64,000 nt of DNA. Source: an uncultured Pseudomonadales bacterium (GTDB taxonomy: Bacteria > Patescibacteriota > Microgenomatia > UBA1400 > UBA12028). The stretch spans positions 288,293-352,292 of the forward strand of contig CAZWPK010000001.1 of NCBI GenBank assembly GCA_964635905.1, written 5' to 3'. The translations under genes and the position numbers were made by a program. Below the pieces are notes generated by a model. The model had not been told where the DNA came from and did not search any database. It saw only the letters and a program-made list of their open reading frames with translations. This document shows positions 40,946 through 49,341 of this stretch, in pieces. Every line of letters starts with the position of its first letter. Positions within the stretch are counted from its first letter, which is position 1.

Positions 40946-41602
40946 TCAATTATTCCCTAGTTTCTCAAGAGCAAGCTTGGCAGCTTCTTGGGAGGCATCT
41001 TGTTTACTTTTTCCGACTCCAGAGCCAATCGCTTCTCCGTCAATGCGGACTTCGACGGTAAACGTCTTGAGGTGATCAGGACCAGATTCATTCACAGTCA
41101 CGTAGATAGGCGTGGACTTTCCTTGCGCTTGGACAAGCTCTTGAAGGGTCGTTTTGTAGTCTTTATACGTCTCATCTTTGAGAATTTGGTCAAACCGAGG
41201 GAAAAGTACTTCTTGCAAAAAGGAGACACAGACGTCAAATCCTTGGTCCAAATAGAGGGCTCCGAGGACGGCCTCAAAGGTATCGGCAAGCAAACTAGGG
41301 TTCTCTCGACCACCAGAACGCTCTTCCCCTTTACTCATTTTGAGTTCTTGATCCAACCCAAGTTCCTTGGCAACTTCTGCAAGCGTCACGGTTTTGACTA
41401 AAGCTGCCCGATAGGACGTCATAACGCCTTCATTGGCAGCCGGATACGCTGCGTATAAGAATTGGGTGGTGGCTAGTTCCAGGACTGCGTCCCCCAAAAA
41501 CTCTAAGCGTTCATTGGATTCTGTACTATCTGTTTCGTTTAAGAAAGAACGATGTACTAAGGCAGTTTGGTATAAAGAATCAGATTGAAACGCAGGTAAC
41601 AT
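40946..41602 (-). CDS. rnc: Ribonuclease III
   Basis: ALVHRS, NERLEFLGDAVL, ADTFEAVLGALYLD, dsRBD YKTTLQE...GPDH.K.F. Confidence 0.97.
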   Translation of the reverse strand: MLPAFQSDSLYQTALVHRSFLNETDSTESNERLEFLGDAVLELATTQFLYAAYPAANEGVMTSYRAALVKTVTLAEVAKELGLDQELKMSKGEERSGGRENPSLLADTFEAVLGALYLDQGFDVCVSFLQEVLFPRFDQILKDETYKDYKTTLQELVQAQGKSTPIYVTVNESGPDHLKTFTVEVRIDGEAIGSGVGKSKQDASQEAAKLALEKLGNN

Positions 41603-41617
41603 ACTATGTACGCCTTC

Positions 41618-41872
41618 TTAGGCGAGCTCATCTTCAATATATTCTGCCAAGACACCGATGGTGGGGTTTTCTTCAAGGTCTTTAACTTTGATTGGAAATT
41701 CAATTTGTTGTTTGACACGGGCAAAAAATTCGGCAATCTCGACTGGACTCATGGAGAGTTCATCAAATTCCATTCCGGGACTAATGTCTTCCGGATCCAC
41801 TCCAGTCACTTCAGAAAGCATGGCTTGAAGTTTTAAAAACATGGGGTTAACGGTCGGTCGTTTGTCTGTCAT
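41618..41872 (-). CDS. Acyl-carrier-protein-fold protein lacking the phosphopantetheine serine
   Basis: GVDPEDISPGMEFDELSMSPVEIAE aligns with ACP GV..E.V....F..DLGADSLD..E; C-terminal T.G.L.EYI; acidic; sits at the acpP position upstream of rnc. Confidence 0.75.
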   Translation of the reverse strand: MTDKRPTVNPMFLKLQAMLSEVTGVDPEDISPGMEFDELSMSPVEIAEFFARVKQQIEFPIKVKDLEENPTIGVLAEYIEDELA

Positions 41873-42213
41873 AAAGAACCAGCAATTTTACTTAAGACTG
41901 CATTTACAAATTTACTCGAATGATCAGCGCCAAATTCCTTGGCGATTTCAATGGCTTCATCAATGATGATTGCCGGTTTATTTTCTTTCTGTAGTAATTC
42001 AAACACTCCCAGCCGCAAGATTGCAAGATCAATTTTATTCATGTCTGCAATCGACCATTCGGTCGCCACCAATTTGATCTTTTCATCAAGCTCTGGGATT
42101 TTTGCGACGACTGCCTCAATCTCCGACGTCACCACCCCAGCAAAGCTGTAGGTATACAGTAGTTTGACTTGGGAGATTCTGTGAAGATGTCGAGGGTCAT
42201 GAGATGTTTTCAT
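41869..42213 (-). CDS. nusB: Transcription antitermination factor NusB
   Basis: IDLAILRLGVFEL, P.IIIDEAIEIAKEFG...S.KFVNAVL. Confidence 0.93.
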   Translation of the reverse strand: MKTSHDPRHLHRISQVKLLYTYSFAGVVTSEIEAVVAKIPELDEKIKLVATEWSIADMNKIDLAILRLGVFELLQKENKPAIIIDEAIEIAKEFGADHSSKFVNAVLSKIAGSL

Positions 42214-42232
42214 TTCTGCCCTCTTTCACCTA

Positions 42233-42382
42233 TTAGGAATTAACTTGTTTCTTCGCTTGTTTACGCGCACGTTTGCCAACGAGTCCATTGATTGCTTTGG
42301 CAATCAGTTGAATCTTTGGCTGACCGGCTTGTCGACGACCAGAACGATGTGTTGAGTGGCGTCGTTTTGTAAGTGGACCCAT
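42233..42382 (-). CDS. rpmF: 50S ribosomal protein L32 (short, no zinc ribbon)
   Basis: MGPLTKRRHSTHRSGRR matches the L32 N-terminus; 49 aa, basic; upstream of nusB-ACP-rnc; AAGGA RBS. Confidence 0.75.
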   Translation of the reverse strand: MGPLTKRRHSTHRSGRRQAGQPKIQLIAKAINGLVGKRARKQAKKQVNS

Positions 42383-42543
42383 ACGTTTCCTTAAAGTAAC
42401 TATGTACACTAGTAGTGTACTCGGAATCAATTTCGTCATGCAACCCCAATCACTGCACCACAATTTTGGGGGCGACAAGCGTTTGTAACATAGGTGCGTT
42501 CGTTTTGCAAGTGAGTCATGTCACAGGGAATGGACGTAGATGC

Positions 42544-43050
42544 TTATAGATTGACGAGTTCAACTGTATCTAGTGCCAGATTTACCTTCAACGAGAGCGT
42601 TTCGTATCCCTGACTTGCATGTATAGCGAGATTGACGGAGTAGATGCCGTCTTTCTGTACAACCAGATAGTTGGACTTTTGGAAATATGGTTCAAGATCA
42701 GGTCTATTCTTTGAAATCCAGTCATATACTCTCCACAGTACTTGCGTTTTAGGGTCTGCTTCTGCCTCTTGCCCGGTTAATTCTGACATCAGTAAAAATG
42801 CAAAGCGTTCTTCTGCATCTAGAACTCTGACATCTACGGAATAGAAAATGGGATCATTTTCTTGAAGGCGTCGACCGATGGTTAACTCTGCTCCAATTAT
42901 CAGTGTTTGTGCTGATCCCAATAGTCCAACTGCAATCACTTCAATTTGTCGTAGAGTTGGGGCTTCAGGTAAGCCATACTCTTGATAGAGCCTCTGAACA
43001 TACGGATCTTTAGTTGGGCGGGGAATATCGAATCCTGAAGGTGAAGACAT
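42544..43050 (-). CDS. Hypothetical protein
   Basis: 168-aa ORF with ATG start. Confidence 0.6.
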   Translation of the reverse strand: MSSPSGFDIPRPTKDPYVQRLYQEYGLPEAPTLRQIEVIAVGLLGSAQTLIIGAELTIGRRLQENDPIFYSVDVRVLDAEERFAFLLMSELTGQEAEADPKTQVLWRVYDWISKNRPDLEPYFQKSNYLVVQKDGIYSVNLAIHASQGYETLSLKVNLALDTVELVNL

Positions 43051-43112
43051 AGTTGTACTTTCTACCCAAAGTATAGCTTATAAGTCAAGAGAGGGTAAGC
43101 ATTCACTACTCT

Positions 43113-45119
43113 CTACGAAGTGAACTCTTTGGATTGTTTCAATGCTTCCCCTTTACACAGTTCAATTAACTCCGTATCAAACCAACTGGCGAAGCGCAAA
43201 CTTCCGAAACCGTGTTGCGCCATCCCCAGGAGCTCTCCCGATCCGCGATGGCGTAAATCATACTCTGCCAGACCATTTCCATCATAGGTCCCAGCAAAGA
43301 ATGCCAAGCGTTTCTGCATCTTCTCGGTTGCCTCTTCCTCATCCAGTGCGAACAACGCATCCTCCGATGGGGATGGTGGTGAGGTGAAGAGCAAACAGTA
43401 GGCAACTTGTCCTCGCCTTCCGACACGACCACGTAACTGATGTAGTTGAGCCAATCCAAACCGCTCTGCACCTTCAATCACAATGATGTTGGCCTTGGGA
43501 AGATCTACTCCCACTTCCACAACTGGGGTGGTTACCAGGACATCTGCCTTGCCATCCATGAATTCACTAAAGATGGCATCTTTCTCATCGGCGGAGCATT
43601 TTCCATGGAGCAAGCGTAATCGAAGTGTAGGGAAAATGGTTTGCAGCGTCTCAAATTCCTTTTTTGCTGATTTGACGGTAGAGAGCGTGTCCACAGCGGA
43701 CTCAGAAATGAACGGGCAGACGATGAGGGCTTGTCCGTTGGTTTCTTTCAGTGTTTTTTCGATCCACTGATAGGAGCTCTTGCGCTTTCCTGCCGGCACC
43801 ACCCAGGTTTTGATATTGGCATTACTCTTGTGTGGAACGATGAAACTCACGTCACGGTCCGCAAGGGCGGTGAGGGCAACGGTACGGGGAATGGGTGTGG
43901 CGGTCATGGACAGATAGTGCGGTTTGTCCGCTTTAGCAAAAAAGATCTCACGTTGTGCTACACCAAAGCGATGCTCCTCATCAACGACGACCACCGTTGG
44001 ATGTAGTGTATTCCCTGCGGCGTGAAAAAGAGCATGCGTGCCCACTAGAATTTGGGCATCGGTATTTTTTTCTTTCCCGGTGTACAGACCTAGGGAGATG
44101 GAGGGGGTCGCGCTTTTAAAGAGCTTTTGTAAGGTGGCAAAATGCTGCGAGGCCAAGATATTGGTAGGACAGACCAGTGCTGCTTGTTGACCATGGGTTG
44201 CGGCTACCCATAAGGCAAAGGCAGCGACTGTCGTTTTTCCGGAACCCACTTCTCCCTGCAATAACCGATACATCGGATGCGGGCTGGAGAAATCGGTAGC
44301 AATTGCTTGAATAGCTTCTGACTGTGTCGACGTTAAGGAATAGGGCAAAAAGGAATTAAAGGTGTCCATCTGCTCCGATGAAATCTCGGTAGTAAAGGGA
44401 CTGATGGTTTGTTGTTGCGCAGCTTTTTGCTGTTGGAGGGCAAAGATCAGAATCGACATCTCATCTAAAGCTAATCGACGCTTTGAGGCTTTCAATGCAG
44501 AATCTGTTTGCTCTATTGGTATGGTTGTTGGCAAATGCAGCGTGGTGAGTGCCGTTTGCAACGCAGGTAATCCCACACGTGTTGCGAAGGCGAGCTGACG
44601 CGCTGGCTCGTCCAATTTGACCTCCGACAAGACCGACCCGATCAATTTACCTAAGTACTTTGAATTGATTGTTGCGGATTCATGATAGACCGGGAGCACC
44701 GATCCAAAGGGCGGAGGTGCTGTTTGAAATGTGGGGTTGGTGAGCGTCGGTTTGGCGTTAAACCAGCCGACCTTTCCTCTAAAGTAATACGATTCCCCCA
44801 CGGTTAACGCAGAGAGGACAAAGTCCATGTGAAACCACGTTAACTCCATGGTTCCAGATTCATCGGCAACCTTGACCTTGATCATCCGTTTAAATTTGAG
44901 TTTGACAGGAGTTTTGGATACGACTTGGCCATAGATACATGCCTTTTGATCGACAACAATATTCTTAATAGGAGTCAAAGGTTCTACGGGTTCATAGCGA
45001 AAAGGAATGTGATAGAGCAAATCATGAACAGTCTGAATTCCTAGGAGTTCCAACTGTGCAGCACGTGCAGGTCCCACACCAGGAAGGGTTGTAACGGAAT
45101 CACTAGGTAAGAGTGGCAT
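43113..45119 (-). CDS. recG: ATP-dependent DNA helicase RecG
   Basis: GVGP, wedge domain, RLLQGEVGSGKT, DEEHRFGV, MTATPIPRT, AERFGLAQLHQLRGRVGR, DL..RG.GE..G..QHG. Confidence 0.97.
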   Translation of the reverse strand: MPLLPSDSVTTLPGVGPARAAQLELLGIQTVHDLLYHIPFRYEPVEPLTPIKNIVVDQKACIYGQVVSKTPVKLKFKRMIKVKVADESGTMELTWFHMDFVLSALTVGESYYFRGKVGWFNAKPTLTNPTFQTAPPPFGSVLPVYHESATINSKYLGKLIGSVLSEVKLDEPARQLAFATRVGLPALQTALTTLHLPTTIPIEQTDSALKASKRRLALDEMSILIFALQQQKAAQQQTISPFTTEISSEQMDTFNSFLPYSLTSTQSEAIQAIATDFSSPHPMYRLLQGEVGSGKTTVAAFALWVAATHGQQAALVCPTNILASQHFATLQKLFKSATPSISLGLYTGKEKNTDAQILVGTHALFHAAGNTLHPTVVVVDEEHRFGVAQREIFFAKADKPHYLSMTATPIPRTVALTALADRDVSFIVPHKSNANIKTWVVPAGKRKSSYQWIEKTLKETNGQALIVCPFISESAVDTLSTVKSAKKEFETLQTIFPTLRLRLLHGKCSADEKDAIFSEFMDGKADVLVTTPVVEVGVDLPKANIIVIEGAERFGLAQLHQLRGRVGRRGQVAYCLLFTSPPSPSEDALFALDEEEATEKMQKRLAFFAGTYDGNGLAEYDLRHRGSGELLGMAQHGFGSLRFASWFDTELIELCKGEALKQSKEFTS

Positions 45120-45165
45120 GGCATCTAGTCTACCAAACAACCGCTACTTCACAATGTCATTCGGA

Positions 45166-45270
45166 CTAAATGAGGAACAAAAGAGTTTGAAAGATACCAC
45201 CAAAGACAAAGATCACCATCACGGCAGCAATCAAAATCTGAAATACTAGTCGAGTACGTTTTCCTAACAT
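45166..45270 (-). CDS. Small single-TM protein (34 aa; below the ORF-track cutoff)
   Basis: MLGKRTRLVFQILIAAVMVIFVFGGIFQTLLFLI; AAGGAG RBS; starts 1 nt after the upstream stop. Confidence 0.6.
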   Translation of the reverse strand: MLGKRTRLVFQILIAAVMVIFVFGGIFQTLLFLI

Positions 45271-45271
45271 A

Positions 45272-45631
45272 TTAGCTCCTTAAGTACAATCTATCTCCAT
45301 TGCCTACTGTGTACGGAATTTCAGTGAGTTGAGTGGTTATCAGCGCAACAATATAAATTCCTGGAACTGTTTCCGGAACATTCGTACTAATGATTTCTAC
45401 CACGTTTCGGTATCCCGCCCATTTCCCAGTATCATCATCTAGGACAGACATGATGAGAAAATCATACTGGCGTAAGAAGGATACAACTTCCCTATACGGA
45501 ACATTTTTCGGAATTTTAGGGAGAATTCCAAGAAATCTATCCCCTTCCGAAGCGGCTAAATTAAGCTCTTCTTCGGTAAACAAATGATTGTGTTTGGTCG
45601 TCACTTGCTCGAGGGCTTCTACTCGAATCAT
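45272..45631 (-). CDS. Hypothetical protein coupled to tyrS
   Basis: 119 aa; ATGA overlap with the tyrS stop. Confidence 0.6.
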   Translation of the reverse strand: MIRVEALEQVTTKHNHLFTEEELNLAASEGDRFLGILPKIPKNVPYREVVSFLRQYDFLIMSVLDDDTGKWAGYRNVVEIISTNVPETVPGIYIVALITTQLTEIPYTVGNGDRLYLRS

Positions 45632-46815
45632 ATGTCGAATCTAATCGAATAATACTGTCGCTTCCCTACTTTCAGGGTTCCTGGAGTTGTGACCTTTTCT
45701 TGCGGGTCTGTCTTCTTTTCACCAGCTAGCGATACCCCACCCTGCTCAATGAGACGACGTAGATCATTGTTGCTTGCCTCCGGTTGAGCAAGCTTTACTA
45801 GCTCAATCACTGAAATTTCTGTAGGAACTACCAACTCTATAGCCTCCGTCACCTCTTTATTCTGCACTGTTCGCTCAAAATGATCTTGAGCGGTAGTGGC
45901 ATCTTCGGCAGAATGTAGGCCTGAAGTAATGGTGAAGGCCAATTTCTTCTTGTACTCCATGGGATTCGTTCCCGATTGCATCGCCTGTTCCATTGCGGTG
46001 ATCTCAGCAGTTGGGACATCAGTTAACAAGCGGAAGTATTCGATGATGACATCATCGGCAACCGACATGAGTTTCCCGTACATATTGGTTGGGTCTTCCG
46101 TGAGGGAAATGAAGTTGCCAAACGACTTCCCCATTTTCCGTCCATCTGTTCCATTGATGATTGGAGTGGTGAGTACCCATTTCTCATGATCGTTGTAGAT
46201 GCGCTGAAGTTGTCGGCCCATCATCATGTTGAAGGTTTGATCGGTTCCGCCAATTTCCAGGTCCACATTCATTGCCACTGAATCATACCCTTGAAGTAAC
46301 GGGTACATAATCTCATGACCAAAGATCGGTAAATTCTTTTTTAATCGTTCCTGAAACATGTCGCGTTCGATGAGCTGTTGTACTGTCGTTTGAGCCATCA
46401 ACTTTACAATATCCGCATAGGTTAATTTATCCAACCAATCTCCGTTACGAACCACAGTGATTTTAGAGAAGTCTAGCACCTTTTGGGCTTGTTCTTTCCA
46501 AGATGTGAAGTTACTTTCAATCTGTTCCTCGGTTAAGACGGGGCGACTACTATCTCTTCCTGTCGGATCCCCGATACGGACCGTTCCGTTGCCAATTAAC
46601 AAAATCACGTCATGTCCAGCCAGGGCAAACTGGTTTAATTTGCGTAGACCCACCGAATGCCCTAAATGCAACGCATTTCCGGTTGGATCAATGCCCATGA
46701 ATACTTTGATAGGTTGAGACTTCATTTTTTTAAGTAGTGATGCAGAATCCGGCAGAACCTGTGCTACCCCACGGGTGAGTAGTTCTTCTTGATCAATGGA
46801 TGGAGTGGATGACAT
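45628..46815 (-). CDS. tyrS: Tyrosine--tRNA ligase
   Basis: GIDPTG..LHLGH, IGDPTG, YPLLQGYDS, GGTDQ.FN, KMGKS, C-terminal S4-like domain. Confidence 0.97.
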   Translation of the reverse strand: MSSTPSIDQEELLTRGVAQVLPDSASLLKKMKSQPIKVFMGIDPTGNALHLGHSVGLRKLNQFALAGHDVILLIGNGTVRIGDPTGRDSSRPVLTEEQIESNFTSWKEQAQKVLDFSKITVVRNGDWLDKLTYADIVKLMAQTTVQQLIERDMFQERLKKNLPIFGHEIMYPLLQGYDSVAMNVDLEIGGTDQTFNMMMGRQLQRIYNDHEKWVLTTPIINGTDGRKMGKSFGNFISLTEDPTNMYGKLMSVADDVIIEYFRLLTDVPTAEITAMEQAMQSGTNPMEYKKKLAFTITSGLHSAEDATTAQDHFERTVQNKEVTEAIELVVPTEISVIELVKLAQPEASNNDLRRLIEQGGVSLAGEKKTDPQEKVTTPGTLKVGKRQYYSIRFDI

Positions 46816-46888
46816 ACGTTTCCTTTCTTCTGATTGTATCGTAAATATTTTTAGTTTGTTAACAGTTCACAACTTGTACAAAAGACAT

Positions 46889-46999
46889 AAAAAAACCCGC
46901 TGTTGCGGGGAATTTTCTTTGCACACAAGATCCCCCTAGGTGTTAGGCTGATAGTGATAAGAGGAAATGTGGGTAGACAGTTGCATAATGGATAGTATA
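46889..46999 (-). promoter_or_regulatory. tyrS leader: -10 box, leader peptide, antiterminator/terminator (attenuator)
   Basis: TATACT (46994-46999); ORF 46936-46986; GGGGGAUCUU can pair with AAAAUUCCCC, excluding the CCCGC-AACA-GCGGG-U7 terminator (46889-46909). Confidence 0.75.
46936..46986 (-). CDS. Putative tyrS leader peptide MQLSTHISSYHYQPNT
   Basis: 16-codon ORF with TAT-CAC-TAT; ATG 7 nt after the -10 box; stop overlaps the antiterminator strand. Confidence 0.65.
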   Translation of the reverse strand: MQLSTHISSYHYQPNT

Positions 47000-47030
47000 C
47001 ACTTTCAAAAACCTATCTTTCTACAGGAGA

Positions 47031-47474
47031 ATGACCGAACAGTACTCCCCTTCCCCCTCAGAAAAGTTTCGCCAATTGACGGCTGATTTTCTTGATCTAA
47101 TCGCTATTACAATAAGTAGACGTCATTTTGAAAAAGAATTCACCGACAATGAGGTGCAACTGGCTACTCAACGTGAACAGCATGACCAGGAGTTGGAGAG
47201 GAAAGCGAAAGCAGCTGTAGGAACGTATAGCGTTAATACTGTTCGTTACGACGCACTGTCCGGCCGCTACCGTATCCGTGCCGACATCATTGTCGGAAGC
47301 GAATCAATTGAAATCCCGTATGAAGTATTGGAAAAAAATATCCATTGGATTCCAAATGGAACTGGGACACAGTCGTTGACGATTTCACCTGATCATCAGT
47401 TTTCTGCAGTACTTTGGGAAAGAAACTATTCTGACGGTGAAAGAATTGTCTTTCCAAGAGGTCGAAGAAACTAA
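47031..47474 (+). CDS. Hypothetical protein
   Basis: 147-aa ORF divergent from tyrS. Confidence 0.6.
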   Translation: MTEQYSPSPSEKFRQLTADFLDLIAITISRRHFEKEFTDNEVQLATQREQHDQELERKAKAAVGTYSVNTVRYDALSGRYRIRADIIVGSESIEIPYEVLEKNIHWIPNGTGTQSLTISPDHQFSAVLWERNYSDGERIVFPRGRRN

Positions 47475-47487
47475 AAGTTCAGAATGA

Positions 47488-48570
47488 TTATTCCTTAGGC
47501 TGAATTATCGCAACTTTCTTTATTTCGTTATTCTCATTTAGGTACCCAGAAGGTGAAAAATAGCGATAAAAGACTTGAAACTCTGGATGAAATCGCATCG
47601 ATAGTAATAACGCAAGTGCCGTAATTTCCTGCTCCCTCATCTCCCTTCCAGAGCCCACGAAATCAAATAATGGTTTGCATTTCCTCCACACCATTGCATG
47701 AGCTTGCATGACTGCAATCGGGTTAGTATGTGTTACCCCAAGCTTTTTGAGAAAATCTCGATCTGATACGGGGGATAAGAATTCAGGAGCAACCAAAAGC
47801 ATCTTAAAAACTCGAAACCCTATAGTATTAAGATCTTCTGGGGGAAGTACACCTTCTTTAAGCCGCTGGAGAACGTGGTAACCTGTCAACCTGTTAAAGA
47901 CGATGGATCCTAGTTTATCTTGGGACTTTGTAATTTGAATAACTGCATCTGCTAATTGTATAAACTTACTATTTGCAATTGCTATTTTGGTAGGATCATC
48001 ATAGTCTTTTCCTGTTTCAGGATCAGTAGTCCAGAGTTGGTATGCTTCTTGGAGCGTCGCTCCGCTGGGTTGTGTGTCAAGGACTTGCCGAAGTTCATTA
48101 CTAGGTCCAAATGAAGCAAAATGCGACAACAGACCGCCGGGAGTTAATCCTGCTGATGACTTATGCAACACCGAAGATAAGCTTGGATTCTGATTTACAC
48201 TAAACGCTTCTTCATACAGCATGCGCACTAAATACCCATCATCAGGCTCTAAAGGATACCGTTCTCGTCGACCAACAATTTGTTGAGACTCCCATAATTC
48301 TAGGTCATCAGGATGGTTGCTAATTCGAGGCTTTGTCACTGATGCAATGTTTTCAGAGCTAATGTCATACATACTCTTAAGTATGGAGTTCAATGGTTCA
48401 CGTTCAAAAGGATGTTGTGGAGGTTTTTGTTGAAGGATTTCTACAGGATATTTTGCTGCACGAGGATTTAAATCTGCTGCCGTTAGAACGATTCGCTCAT
48501 TCTCCGGCTGGGGTTTTTCTAAATCTGCATGAGTAAGAACGATGTGTGGTTTTGATTTTTCGTCTCCCAT
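47488..48570 (-). CDS. Hypothetical protein directly downstream of tRNA-Leu(TAG)
   Basis: Start MGDEKSK at 48570 (the longer track ORF runs through the tRNA); IVLT.ADL repeated twice. Confidence 0.7.
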   Translation of the reverse strand: MGDEKSKPHIVLTHADLEKPQPENERIVLTAADLNPRAAKYPVEILQQKPPQHPFEREPLNSILKSMYDISSENIASVTKPRISNHPDDLELWESQQIVGRRERYPLEPDDGYLVRMLYEEAFSVNQNPSLSSVLHKSSAGLTPGGLLSHFASFGPSNELRQVLDTQPSGATLQEAYQLWTTDPETGKDYDDPTKIAIANSKFIQLADAVIQITKSQDKLGSIVFNRLTGYHVLQRLKEGVLPPEDLNTIGFRVFKMLLVAPEFLSPVSDRDFLKKLGVTHTNPIAVMQAHAMVWRKCKPLFDFVGSGREMREQEITALALLLSMRFHPEFQVFYRYFSPSGYLNENNEIKKVAIIQPKE

Positions 48571-48579
48571 AGTTAGATG

Positions 48580-48663
48580 TGCCCAGGAGAGGGATCGAAC
48601 CTCCACGCCCTTGCGGGCACAGGATTCTAAGTCCTGCTTGTCTGCCAGTTCCAACACCTGGGC
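48580..48663 (-). tRNA. tRNA-Leu(TAG)
   Basis: GCCCAGG/CCTGGGC, anticodon arm CAGGA-CT-TAG-AA-TCCTG, long variable arm, GGTTCGATCC; TATAAT upstream. Confidence 0.97.
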
Positions 48664-48685
48664 ATAAGGGTATTATACCGTTTTT

Positions 48686-49336
48686 TTACATATCATGGGT
48701 ACGTTCTCGATAGTGCTCACTTTCGTGGTGGCGAATCGTACATAATGATGAGATCTGTAGAGAAATTGTCTTAGAGAGGTTTGAAATTACTCTCTCGGAT
48801 AGGAATACACCTACACAACCACCTAATCCGTAGCGAGTGTATGCTCTTCCTTCTACAACATACGTTGGCTCATCAAAATAGGAACGTGTGGAACCAAGAA
48901 CAAGTAATTGTCCACCTATTTCAAGTCTTTTAGTCATCAGTAATTCAATTGTCTGTGAAATCAAACTCGGACTAACGTATTCTGGGTGCGGATTTGCATC
49001 TTCAGTTTTGTAAGAAATTATCGTTGTTGTAGGGTTGAGATATTCAAGAAAATTCATGGTGTAGGTGTGTCGATAGTATTCTTCTCCCACTAAAAGTGGT
49101 CCATTATAATTTTTCAAGAATTGTAGCAGTGCACGGAAATAGCTCGAATCAAAAAGGCTTGAAACTAGTGCTCCTTTGAATACCTCAAAGGGTAACTGTA
49201 ATGCGGGATTTTTAGTATTGTATGCAGTAAAAAAAGGATGAATAAGGACAGGTAATACCCCATCATATTGTACAACTTGGGATCGTAGGTGCTCTAGATC
49301 ATGTTTTGATGTAGTTGGAAGGATCTCGTATGCCAT
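48686..49336 (-). CDS. Hypothetical protein (HPFF...GG...GCVG; possibly isochorismatase-like fold)
   Basis: 216 aa from ATG 49336, 5 nt after a terminator U-tract; the fold guess rests only on motif spacing. Confidence 0.6.
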   Translation of the reverse strand: MAYEILPTTSKHDLEHLRSQVVQYDGVLPVLIHPFFTAYNTKNPALQLPFEVFKGALVSSLFDSSYFRALLQFLKNYNGPLLVGEEYYRHTYTMNFLEYLNPTTTIISYKTEDANPHPEYVSPSLISQTIELLMTKRLEIGGQLLVLGSTRSYFDEPTYVVEGRAYTRYGLGGCVGVFLSERVISNLSKTISLQISSLCTIRHHESEHYRERTHDM

Positions 49337-49341
49337 ACAAT

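Noticed and set aside
46816-47030. T-box upstream of tyrS
   Set aside because: No UGGNACC bulge or T-box stems; a leader-peptide attenuator fits better
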